Source: Malacoraja senta
Lineage: Eukaryota
Length of the DNA stretch: 64,000 nucleotides
Assembly: GCA_038087875.1 (NCBI GenBank)
Contig: CM075990.1
Location: forward strand, 17,238,001-17,302,000
Direction of reading: 5' to 3'
The position numbers and the translations under genes are program-made. The notes under the pieces were generated by a model that saw only the letters and a program-made list of their open reading frames with translations, had not been told where the DNA came from and did not search any database. Positions 12,063-23,340 of the stretch are shown in pieces. Position 1 is the first letter of the stretch; every line of letters starts with the position of its first letter.

Positions 12063-12350
12063 ATAGACAATAGGTGCAGGAGTAGGCCATTCGGCCCTTC
12101 GAGCCAGCACCGCCATTCAATGTGATCATGGCTGATCAACCCCAATCAGTACCCCGTTCCTGCCTTCTCCCCATATCCCCTGACTCACTATTTTTAAGAA
12201 CCCTATCTAGCTCTCTCTTGAGAGTATCCAGAGAACCGGCCTCCACCGCCCTCTGAGGCAGAGAATTCCACAGATTCACAACTCTCTGTGTGAAAAGGTG
12301 TTTCCTTGTCTCCGTTCTAAATGGCTTACCCCTTATTCTTAAACTGTGGT
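12063..12350 (-). mobile_element. Young CR1/HER1 3' fragment ending about 30 nt before the last WDFY4 acceptor
   Basis: Nearly the same sequence as the copy at 63757-64000. Confidence 0.85.
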
Positions 12351-12381
12351 CCCTTTGAAACTGTTTGTGTTTTCCTCTCAG

Positions 12382-12448
12382 AAATCACACAAAGCTCTTT
12401 GTTGGTGATTCGTGGGGCAGTGTGTACACTTGGTCTGTTGAAGGCTGA
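12382..12448 (+). CDS. WDFY4: WDFY4 last coding exon: NHTKLFVGDSWGSVYTWSVEG*
   Basis: Acceptor TTTCCTCTCAG|, TGA at 12446-12448. Matches the WDFY4 terminus NHTKLLVGD..G....WS..G*. No FYVE domain follows, which separates it from WDFY3. Confidence 0.93.
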
Positions 12449-12509
12449 AGCAATGACTGCGGGCAGGAGGTCAATGACAGTGGATTCCATAAAGGAAGTG
12501 TGGCTTCTA

Positions 12510-12715
12510 GTGACAATTTACACGTACACCGAGCCAATTAGCCTACAAACCGGCACGTCTTTGGAGTGTGGAAGGAAACCGAAGATCTTGGAGAAAACCC
12601 ATGCGGTCACGGGGAGAACGTACAAACTCCGTACAGACAGCACCCGTAGTCGGGATCGAACCAGGGTCTCTGGCGCTGTGAGGCAGCAACTCTACCGCTG
12701 CGCCACCGTGCCGCC
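12510..12715 (-). mobile_element. Antisense HE1 SINE in the WDFY4 3' UTR
   Basis: Reverse complement of the HE1 head and V-domain, about 60 nt after the stop. Confidence 0.85.
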
Positions 12716-13108
12716 CACCGACAAGCCATTTATAAACATAACGAATCATCTTTCCACTCAAGATATCTGTTAATAATCTTCTTTCCATTCGTAAGTAATT
12801 CGGAATGATGCACTTGGCCATGTTTTGGGTTAATATGCAAGCATAAATGGAAACAGACTAATAGTTTGTGATTCAAAAATCACAAACCGCAAAATCTCCA
12901 GTAAAGGACTAAGTGATCTTGAGTCTGAATCCCCATCCTGTTTGTGTAAACTTTATTTCACCATCTCTGCATACACAATGGCAGTAAACAGAAATCTATT
13001 GTGAGGCAGATACTGGTTGTGATATTACAGTGGATATATGTAGTTGTGTGAAGATATCAGGGCAGGTATCTGCGGACAGACTCCCATCAAATCTTGTTTA
13101 CTTTCAAA

Positions 13109-13114
13109 AATAAA
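13109..13114 (+). promoter_or_regulatory. Candidate WDFY4 polyadenylation signal AATAAA
   Basis: First canonical AATAAA noticed downstream of the WDFY4 stop (about 660 nt). Position only. Confidence 0.4.
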
Positions 13115-13731
13115 CTTTATTACATACAATACCAAAGAACAGTGCAAAACTTGGTTACTGAATGTTAAATGTACTTGTTGCCAGCTTCCCTTGTGGGTTT
13201 AGAATGGAGAGGAATAAGAAAGGAAATGAGGTAAACTTACATCCCCCCCTTACCAACTCATCCCCGCTCTGCCCCAGCTATTTATTGTCCCTGTCTACAT
13301 TCCCTAGAAGATCTCCTTAGACAGCATGGTGGCGCAGCAGTAGAGTTACTGCCTTACAGCGCCGGAGACCCAGGTTTGATCCTGATTATGGGTGCTGTCT
13401 GTATGGAGTTTGTACAGTCTCCTAGTGACCTTGTGGGTTTTCTCCAGGAGCTCCGGTTTCCTCCCACACTCCAAAGATGTGCAGGTTTGTAGGTTAATTG
13501 GCTTCTGTAAATTCTCCCTAGCGTGCAGGATAGAACTAGTGTATCATTGGTCTCGAAGGGTCTTGACCCAAAACGTCAACCATTCCTTCTCTCCAGAGCT
13601 GCCTCCTGTCCCGCTGAGTTACTCCAGCTTTTTGTGTTTATCTTTGGTTTAAAGCAGCATCTGCAGTTCCTTCCTACATCACTCTCACATATCCCGACAT
13701 TTAAGAAACAGCTAAACAGGTACATGGATAG

Positions 13732-13972
13732 TACACAAAAATGCTGGAGAAACTCAGCGGGTGCAGCAGCATCTATGGAGCGAAGGAAATAGGCAACGTT
13801 TCGGCCCGAAACCCTTCCGGGTTTCAGCCCGAAACGTTGCCTATTTCCTTCAGGGTTTCGGCCCGAAACGTTGCCTATTTCCTTCGCTCCATAGATGCTG
13901 CTGCACCCGCTGAGTTTCTCCAGCATTTTTGTGTACCTTCGATTTTCCAGCATCTGCAGTTCCTTCTTTAAC
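13732..13972. mobile_element. Palindromic Penelope-LTR-derived insertion inside a CR1 fragment
   Basis: 16-bp TSD ACAGGTACATGGATAG at 13716-13731 and 13973-13988. Near-perfect inverted arms. Confidence 0.85.
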
Positions 13973-14899
13973 ACAGGTACATGGATAGGACAGGTTTGGA
14001 GGGATATGGACCAAACGCGGGCAGGTGGGACTCGTGTAGCTGGGACATGTTGGGCCGAAGGGCCTGCTTCCAGACCGTACCACTCTATGACTCAAAATGT
14101 GTTTTCATTGCCAGTTTATCCCAACCCAGTCCTTTGTGCCCCTGGATTTCCTATGTGGGAAAAGTAAGGCTCATAAGTCCTCCACAACAGCTCCAATTGG
14201 TAATGGAGGAGACCACATCTGGAACATCTGGCGCTGAGCAAGTATTGGTTGTGCTCAGGTGAATCTCATCCATACATGTCTCGGCCATCTTCCCATTAGT
14301 TGCTAATTGATCTGGAGATAATTGTGACTGTGGTACAGAATCCATTGATGTGCAAAACCAAAAGGGCACAAATTCTTGGCACAGCTTTTCCTGAAAAGCG
14401 CATTCCAACTTGCAGTGAAACTCAACTTTGACCATAAACACTTTATAAATATAGATCCATTTCCTGGAATATGGCACAAACACAGATGGGAATAATGGAA
14501 ATTTTGAATCAGCTCAGACAGATTTACAGTGGCAAAGAAACCACACGTCATGCCCACAAACTTGGCAAAGGGCAGGAAGGAATGTCCAGCCCACAGCCCC
14601 ATCTTGGAGGGTGTTAGTTAGTTTAGTTTATTGTCACGTGTACCGAGGTGGAGTGTAGGGTTGTAGGGCAGTTTATTTACCCAATCTTTAGTTTAGTTTA
14701 GATAAGTGGTACAGCAAGGACACAGGCCCTTCAGCCCACCGAGTCCATGCCGACCAGCGATCTTCATTACACTAGCACACACTACACATCAGGGCCAATT
14801 TACAATTTTTATTTAGTGAAGCCAATTAACCTACAAACCTCTACGTCTCTGGAGAGTGGGAGGAAACTGGAGCCCCCCGAAGAGATGGAGAGAGAGGGG

Positions 14900-15208
14900 T
14901 TTCAAGTAACCCTTGCTCTCTCCATACCTCCCCCTTCCTAGTTCTCCGACCAGTCTGACTGTCTGCGACTACGTTTTATCTGTTTGCTTTGTTGTTACCT
15001 TGTCCCAGCTAACAATGATCTATTCTGCACTTCCTTGATCTGCATTCCCTTTGCCCTGTTTTCACAGCTGACACTTCCTTATCAATGTATATCCCTCTCC
15101 CCCTGACGCCAGTCTGAAGAAGGGTCTCGATCCGAAACGTCACCCATTCCTTCTCTCCAGAGATGCTGCCTGTCCTGCTGAATTACTCCAGCATTTTGTG
15201 TCTATCTT
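14900..15208 (+). mobile_element. Penelope-like element 3' end/pLTR with hammerhead-like core at 15114-15141
   Basis: Begins with the ORF end TTCAAGTAA (FK*), then a pyrimidine-rich spacer, then CTGAAGAAGGGTCTCGATCCGAAACGTC. Confidence 0.75.
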
Positions 15209-15540
15209 TGCCATGTACAAAGTTTCCTTCCAAATGGGAATAAATCCTGAGCTGAGGAATTGTCTCTAATAGTTTCCCAACCACTGACGCGAGGATCACC
15301 AGCCGACAATTATCTTGACTTCCCTTCTTAAACAAAGCAACAATGTTGGCCACTCTGCAGTCCTCCATGACCTTGCCTGTGGCCTGAGCAGATAGTGAGG
15401 CAGAGAGAGAGATGCCACTAAACCAACGCACAAGTAAATGTAAACAGCCTACAGTGTCTGAAATTGAGTGGGGAAAACGACACTCGCACTTCCTATCAAA
15501 TCTTTGATTATTTCCATTCGGAGAACCTGTTTCTCCTGAA

Positions 15541-15890
15541 AGGGCCAGTCCCACTTTCCCGAGTTATTCACGAATTCTCCCGAGTTTACCCCTTGATTCA
15601 AACTCGCAGAATGTTTGTAACGAGCCCGTAGGAGTCCGTGGATATATCGTAGCGGCCCGTTATGCCAGCCGTAGGTACTCGGGGCTATTTTTTTACTCGT
15701 GGACATTTTTTATCATGCGGAAAAAAACGTCCCGACTTGCCTGATGCCCCGAGTACCTACGGCTGGCATAACGAGCTGCTACGATATATCCACGGACTCC
15801 TACGGACTCGTTACGAACAATCTGCGAGTTTGAATCAAGGGGAAAAGTCGGGAGAATTCGTGAGTAACTCGGGAAAGTGGGACAGGCCCT
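15541..15890. mobile_element. Palindromic MITE, subfamily B
   Basis: AGGGCCAGTCCCACTTTCCCGAG ... CTCGGGAAAGTGGGACAGGCCCT, almost fully self-complementary. Confidence 0.88.
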
Positions 15891-17134
15891 TTAATTGTGT
15901 TTTTTTCCTGGGCAAGTTTTGGAGACTCGCTGTTTTCAAAAGGTTCCAAAACTGCAAGGTCTCAAAACTTGTAAGTCATAATTAATAACACATGTTATAG
16001 CAAAGCATTCTGGATTCTTTCATGTTTATGAGAGTGCTGGCATATTTCATCCTAAGTTTAAAAACCGGCTGTGTTGACAAACTATAGAGTTTGCAATTTT
16101 TGTTTGATTCTTATTCATCTAAAAGGAATGTTAAAATGGTACACAATAGTGTCCAACCAAACAAGCTCCCATCTCGGTACAACACAGGGGGAGACGGGGG
16201 CTGGGGAGGGGGCGGGAGAAGGGGGGGAGGGGTGAAATTCAGATGTGAAAGTGAACCATTGTACTGATGGCAAGTCGTGTTTACATGTTCTAATACACTG
16301 CAAAGTAAAACAGCTGTAAATCAGGGAAGCAACTCAAATCAAAGGAGGTAGACACAAAATGCTGGAGTAACTCAGCTGGAGAGAAGCAATGGGTGACCTT
16401 TCGGGTCGAGACCCTTCTTCAGTCTGAAGAACGCGAAACATCACCCATTCCTTCTCTCCAGAGATGCTGCCTGTCCCGCTGAGTTACTCCAGCATTTTGT
16501 GTCTATCTTCGGTGTAAACCAGCATCTGCAGTTCCTTCCTACACATCAAATCAAAGGAGAGCAGGAACCATGTGAGATGCTTCCACATTTAGCACAACGA
16601 TCTTGTTTCATTTACCCACTGACTAGGGACCTTTCTCAATTTTTAATCTGACGTTGTTCAAATCCAAGTGCAGTGTCGCTCTCACTGGAAACTGATACTA
16701 GAAATGCTCCAAATATAGCAATGTAGCAGTAAAACGTGACATTTGCAGTCGTAGAGGCTCAGGATCCTTCTTCCTGATGGTAGCAGTGAGATGAGAACGT
16801 GGCCGGGATTGTGTGTGTCTTTGACAAAACTGGTTGCCGTTTAGAGGCAGCACCTCCAATAGATTCCCTTCAATGTGGTCAGAACATCTGCTGGACCGGG
16901 CAATGTCCATCACTCTCTTCCTTCCTGGGTGTTTCAGTTGCCAAACCAGCCCTTGTTGCAACCAGTCATGATGTTATCTACCCTACCCATGCACAAATGG
17001 GTAAGAATACTCATGTTGCATCTGCTCAATATTTTACAGCGGTAGAGATATTGGAGGGCTTTCATGGTGGTTGCATCGTAGAGTCATAAAGTCAGAGAGT
17101 GATACAGCATGGTAACAGGTCCTTTGTCCCAACT

Positions 17135-17843
17135 CAGGCACGGAAATCGCTGCCAAAACATGGAGGGGGGGGACACAATTTCTTGGCAGCCGCACGCGCG
17201 CAGGCGTGCACACACGCGAGATTTTGGCCGTGGGCCCTATGGCCGGTAACCTGGTTGGTGACTGACTCCAAACTCTGGCAACAGCAGCTTCGTCCGCCCC
17301 GAATTGTGGGGCTTCAATCGGCCCGTTCGCGGGGCCTTTCATCGCCCGGCGGGGGCTTCAACATCGGGAGCGTCGATTGCCTCGACGCAGCAATTTGACA
17401 GAGGGCGGCGGAAGATCCCGCGGCCGATTTAACGCTGTGCCGATCCCGGGCGATGAAAGGCCCCGCGAACGGGCCGATTCAAGCTCCGCTCTATGATCTT
17501 TGCTCCACCACGGACCCCTCCCTCCTCCAATCATCGCGCTCTATCCTCAGTCCCACCCCCCTACTTCCGCCTCTGACTGACACCTCCCTCCTCCAATCAT
17601 CGTGCTGAATCATCATGTCCCACCCCCCCACTGCCTGCTGACTGGCGTCTCTCTCGTCCAATCGGCGCCCTCGATCATCAGTCCCACCCCCACTGTCTCG
17701 TGGAAAGCGGAGATTTTTAACAGATTTTTTTTCACCGAGTTTTAAAATACGGATTACAAAACATGGGGGGGGGGTCGTGTCCCCCACCTCTCAAAACAGG
17801 GGGGACGTGTCCCCCATGTCCCCCCCCCGGGATTTCCGCCCTG
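17135..17843. mobile_element. Non-autonomous hAT-type DNA transposon (709 bp) splitting a CR1 fragment
   Basis: Perfect 8-bp TSD TCCCAACT (17127-17134, 17844-17851). Imperfect TIR CAGGCACGGAAATC / GATTTCCGCCCTG. Confidence 0.85.
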
Positions 17844-18699
17844 TCCCAACTTGCCCACACCGGCCAACATGTCCCAGCTACACGGGTCCCACCTGCCAGC
17901 ATTTGGTCCTTATCCCTCCAAACCTGTCCCATCCATGTGCCTGTCTAACTGCTTCTTAAATGTTGGGATAGTCTGCCTCAGCTACCTCCTCCGGCAGCTT
18001 GTTCCATACACCCACCACCCTTTGTGTGAAAAAGTTACCCCTCAGATTCCTACTAAATCTTTTCCCCTTCACCTTAAACCTATGTCCTCTGGTCCTTGAT
18101 TCATCTACTCTGGGCAAGAGACTCTGTGCGTCTACCCGATCTATTCATCTCATAATCTTATACACATCTATAAGATCACCCCTCATCCTCCTGCGCTCCA
18201 AGGAATAGAGTCTAAGCCTACTCAACCTCTCCCGATAGCTCAGACCCTCTAGTTCTTGCAACATCAATGTGATTATACGTTCCCCATTCCTGCCCTTGTC
18301 CTTAACTTTCCTTCACTTTTCTCACCTTGACTCTAATTAACGGTACTCGTGGGTGCCAACAACCTCACTTATGTTTAGCCGTCACGCTTACAGGCTTCAA
18401 TCTCATTTTTTTAAACCACACTAGAACAGTTCCCTTCCTTGATGAAATAGAAACATATTGATTGGGGTAAACAGTCATGATTACATAGCCAAAAAAATTT
18501 CCCTTTGTAACCACAAAACATTTTCCCTTCTCCGAGTCTATTTTTGGATAGTTGGAATCTACCCAGTTCTAATTCCACTGCTGAGACAAGCCTATCTTAG
18601 TCTTCGTTCCATTGTTACTCTTTGTCCGTCAGTGAAGCAAACAAGGTTCTCTCTGTCTTTACTGCACCCTAAGAAATAGAACCATTTCTCCATGCCTTG

Positions 18700-19143
18700 T
18701 CAAGTCAATGTTATTTCTGTAGCATATTTAAAAACAACTCTCGTTGACCAAAGTGCTTTACATTAGTGCCGGTACTAACATGCTACATAGCTACGTGTAA
18801 CGTGGTACATAGATCAACAATACATACATACATACATACATACATACATACATACAGCGCTCCCTCAGAGGACCTCAAGAAAGGCTTGAGAGTAGAAATA
18901 AGTTTTGTCGAGACTTAAAAGAGTCGATGGAGGGGGCAGTTCTGATGGGAAGAGGGATGCTGCAAAGGCACGGTCGCCCCTGAGCTTATGCCTAGACCGC
19001 AGGATGGTCAGTAACCTCAAGTCGGCCGATCTGAGGGACCTGGAGGTAGTATGGTGGTTAGCAGATTTTTGATGTAGGTGGGGGCAAGCCCGTTAAGGGC
19101 TTTGTATACATAAAGAAGGAGCTTGAAATTGATTTGGAACCGA
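18700..19143 (-). mobile_element. L2 LINE 3' end with an internal (TACA)n tract
   Basis: Minus strand encodes RFQINFKLLLYVYKALNGLAPTYI and has the L2-type tail GTAAAGCACTTTGGTCAAC. Confidence 0.8.
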
Positions 19144-19374
19144 GTAATAGAACCATGCCCCTACTTCATCAAGGTGCCAGAATGGGCAGGTTAACCCATT
19201 TCTGGTAGCAGCCTTAGCACTGGACAACCTTGCTGATGAATCATGAGGTTATGGGTTCCAATCCCATTCCAGGACTTGAACAGATGATTCAGGTTGGTGG
19301 TGTGGTGATGTAATGGAAGGATCTGATGACTGGCTGTGGAATTTAATCAATGTGTTGTCCATCCAGAGAATCCA

Positions 19375-20420
19375 TAGGTATGTTACAATACTTACCTTCA
19401 GTGGCGCTGCAATTCTGCCACTGGCCGTGTGCGCGATTTTGGCGCCTTTAAGGGGGGGGGGCGGGGTTAAAACGCGGGTTTCTCCTACCTTGTCCTGGTT
19501 AATATTTCGTTGGAGTGCAAGCTTTTGCTGAAAAATCGTTCCTATGGGCGTTTTGTGTATTTTTTATTTTTATTCGATCGACAATGTCAGCGCTGGAGTC
19601 ATTTTTAAATCAGCTTCTGAAGCCGTCAACGCCGACAACGGGGACGGATTTCACACACGGGACAGGTAAACGAAAGTAGTTTATTTTAATGTATAAAAGT
19701 GCTTCTTAAGAAGCCTTTAATTCACATTTTTTTAATGCGAAACGGTAATTCTTTTCCCCAAACTAACGGCAGAATTTTTCATGCCGATACGGGGTTAAAT
19801 TCACCGCAAATCAACGTTCCAATTGATCGCGTTCCAGAAAAACCCACTCACAAGATGATTTAAATGGCCATTAATTTACAGGTATTAAACATTAAATTCC
19901 TTCCATTTGGCCTGTAAATCCATGACAATGAGATTTAAAAATTATGTTATATTGTGAATTCTTGTGTGAATGTTATTTGGACACTTAGGCTATTTAAAAA
20001 TGTTAATCTATTCTTAAGAAATCGATAGATGTTTAGATCTAGTAATTGAATTTTGTAATTAGCTACAATTAGGTAACTAACTAATTATATGCTTTAATTT
20101 CATGTCATCTAAGTAAGATTGTTTCATATTTGTTTCAGAATGCTTCAATCTATAATAACTGAAAATTTCTTTCAGTTCTCTTAATTTTTAAGAAAGTTAT
20201 GGGCTTTTGACTGTCCTCGATCACAGCTTTTGTGTTAAGTCAATGGAAAAGCAATAGGGAACAAGATACTAATTTCCGAGTATGAAAATGGCCATAACTT
20301 TTTTAATACTGAAGATATGAAAGTGAATTAGGTGTCAAATTAAACTTCTTTTTATGCTTTATCTGATGGGATAAATTACAGACTTTATGTTTTTAATCTC
20401 AAAATGTTGTAACATTGCTA
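19375..20420. mobile_element. About 1.05-kb non-coding TIR DNA transposon, superfamily uncertain
   Basis: Termini TAGGTATGTTACAA ... TTGTAACATTGCTA. Flanking direct repeat (A)GAATCCA(T). Confidence 0.8.
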
Positions 20421-21945
20421 GAATCCATGGCTCAAAGGCCAAGTGGAGAAAATGGAATCAGTCTGCATTTGGAGGGTCTCTATGAGGCTTTCATTACAAT
20501 CATGAGATGCACATTTAATGTGGTGCTTCTCATGTGGTTATAAGGGGACTGAGTGGTAAGTCAGCTGGTGAAGTGGGCAAGTTTCTGCATTGGCAGGTAT
20601 ATGCCAGCATTATGTCTATGGTATGGTTCGGCTAGAGGTGCAGTTAGCTCTGAAGGGCAGGTCTTCAACACTTCAGCTGAGATGTAAAACTGAGACCTTT
20701 GCTTCCATGCCAACCAAGATGCCCAATCTAAACTAGTCCCATTTGCTCATGCATGTCCCATATCCCCCTAACTTGTTCCTGTCCAAATGTCCTTTAGATT
20801 TGTTATAGTACCTGCCTCAATGACTTCATCTGGCAGCTTGTTCCCGATACCCATCACCCTCTGGGTACATTAAACTAAACTAAACTATTAAATATTTTCT
20901 CTCTCACCTTAATCTCTGCCATTTAGTTCTGAATTCCCCTACCCTGGGTAAAAGCCTTTGTGCATTGAGTCTATCTATTCCCATCATGGTTTTATACACC
21001 TCTTCCCACTGTTGTTTCACCAGGAAAAGTTACAAACTCTGGAAAGACTGAGGAAAGTTGTTTGCATGGTTAGATCCATTGGAAAGTTGGGAACAATGAG
21101 CACTTGGCTCCTTCTGTGCCTCTTGGGTCTGCTTGGACCTCTTGCTGGAGTTTCTACTCTCCTGTTGCCATGGCCACCAGTTTTCCCATGGAGCCCAGAC
21201 CTCTCTTTGGCAGATGTTATGTCAGCATAGATGAATATTTCATGCTATTTGCAGCCCTGTGACCTCTGCAGAAATGTGTGTTTTTTAAATTGGAACTTCA
21301 CGTTGCTCTGTTGCCTTGAACCAACGCCGTGCAGAAAGTAGGAATCAGAATCAGCTGTGTGACTTCTATTTACCTGAAGCAATGTTGGCCTTCCCTTGGG
21401 AAAGATCTGACAACATCGCTGTGTGTTACTAACAAAGCCAGGGTGCTGTCCGATTCACCTCTACCCTATTGTGGACATTGGACTTTGTCTATGGAACTGA
21501 TGCGCTACAATGCTGAGAACTATATTCTGCACTCTGTATCTTCCCCTTTGCTCTACCTGTTGTACTGGAGTTTGGCCTGATTGTATTTATGTATAGTATG
21601 GCCATATCTGTTTGGATAGCAGGCAGAACGAAGCTTCTCTCTCTACCTCGGTACACGTGACAATAATAAACCTAAACCTGAACCTAACCCTAAACCTATA
21701 GCAAGCACAAACCTGTGTGAACTCCTCAGTCCAACAGGAACATCTTTGTGAGATGGAAATGCTCGAGACCACATCACCCTGATACAGGTTCACACCTAGC
21801 CATGTAGGCCAGGTAGGTGTGTGTGGGGTGAGGGGGCTTCAAGGGGATATAGACACAAGAAACAGCAGAGTCTGGTTCACAAAATAAGACACAAAGTGCT
21901 GGAGTAACTCAGCGGGTCAGGCAGCATCTCTGGAGAACATGGACA

Positions 21946-22174
21946 CAGGGCCATCTTAACAGCATTCTAGGCCCCCGGGCAAAGCAGTGGACTGGGGCCC
22001 CTACACTTCCAGTTTCTTTATGCCGAATCAAATATGCCGTCATGCACTTGCGATGTTCTTCTCCGTTTTCATGTTCTACAATAACATTCTACAATACATA
22101 GATTAGCATGGGGCCCCTATGCTGGTGGGGCCCCGGGCAACTGCCCAGCGAGCCCATGCGTTTAGATGGCCCTG
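21946..22174. mobile_element. Non-autonomous hAT element (229 bp) inserted in a Penelope-derived repeat
   Basis: TIR CAGGGCCATCTTAAC / GTTTAGATGGCCCTG (14/15). 8-bp TSD CATGGACA / CAAGGACA (7/8). Confidence 0.85.
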
Positions 22175-22919
22175 CAAGGACAGGCAATATTTTGGGTCTG
22201 AAGAATGGTACCAACCCAAAACATCAGCGTGGACTTGGTGTGTTGAAGTATGCTGTATCTCTAATCAGGGTAAATTAAAGCATCGAATCGACAATATTGA
22301 CTTTAATTAAATTTTAAATACCATGCAATGAAACATTTAATCAAGGACCTGCTCTCCCAGGCACCACAGACCCCATTGGCTGCCAATGCCTCTCTGCTGC
22401 TGATTGCCTTGTTACACAATGAGCACTGTCTTGACATGATCTTTAATTGCTCCTTCAATAATCATACATGTATTTATTCAGTACACTCGGAACGAAAATG
22501 CCTCAAAGCACTTCCTGCAATTAATTACTGTTACAGTGTAAGCATGTGGTTAATCCCAGGGCATGACACTGAGTGTTTCGTCTATCTGTGTCCCCAGCTC
22601 CCTCTGCTCCGGTCGGTCGTAGACATTCCCTCTTCCAATCTGGGACCTGCTGAAAGATACACCATCTCACACTTCCTGCAGTGAATTTGCCACTTCCTGT
22701 CTACATTTATTGTCTGTTTACTGTGCTTTATTGCAACCCCCCCCTTCACTAACTACAACCCAATGGAATAAACATTGAAATCTCCAATTTCAAGTGAGCC
22801 CCATCCTGCCCCCCAGCTCTGTACACATACCTCTCTCCCACCGTCTCCCACCATCCCAGGCTGTTTGGAGAAGAGAAGGAAGTGGGAGGATGGAATGGAT
22901 TCCATTCAGTGAGTGTGGT

Positions 22920-23073
22920 GGAGGTCAAGGAAAGAGCGTTCACGTCGTGGCCCTGAATCCACCAATCTTTCCACCACCACACACAAGAAGCGACAAGACA
23001 GACACCATTGTATGCAGATGCCCAGGTCTGGCTGAACAACTTGTAATCTTGTGTGTACTCGATAAGAAGAAGA
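22920..23073 (+). mobile_element. Short non-tRNA retroposon with an (AAG)n tail, possibly Vingi/Ingi-related. Second copy at 39283-39428
   Basis: 12-bp TSD AGTGAGTGTGGT (22908-22919, 23074-23085). Both copies share the head GGTCAAGGAAAGAGCGTTCACGTCG. Confidence 0.7.
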
Positions 23074-23099
23074 AGTGAGTGTGGTAGTGGGTGTGATCG

Positions 23100-23340
23100 G
23101 ATCGCGGTGGAGTCATGCAGGATGGTCACCTATCCTCTTGGGTGGAGGTTGAGAAGTCGAGAAAGGGAAGAGGTTGCTTCAGGTGGAAACGTGAATATTG
23201 ATGAAACATTTGAATTCTGTATTGGTGCAGGAACAGAGTTGAAGGTGAGACCTTGAATGGGACTCACAGAGGGACTGTTCTAGATATCCCACAAAGAGAC
23301 TGGCGTGGCTTGGACTCATACCTGTTCCCAAACCCATGCC
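23100..23340 (-). mobile_element. Decayed Penelope-like reverse transcriptase fragment
   Basis: GMGLGTGMSPSHASLFVGYLEQSL resembles the PLE RT motif GVAMGT.MGPSYA.LFVGY.EQSL. Confidence 0.7.

Noticed and set aside
10150..12125. Long ORFs up to 557 aa (HT- or VC-repeat proteins)
   Set aside because: Translations of a CA/TG microsatellite that lacks stop codons. The same applies to 33947-34520 and 38228-38899.
14151..14602. Overlapping minus-strand ORFs (110 and 99 aa) as a possible third gene
   Set aside because: No recognisable domain or consistent splice structure. At most a faint resemblance to a decayed LINE ORF2.
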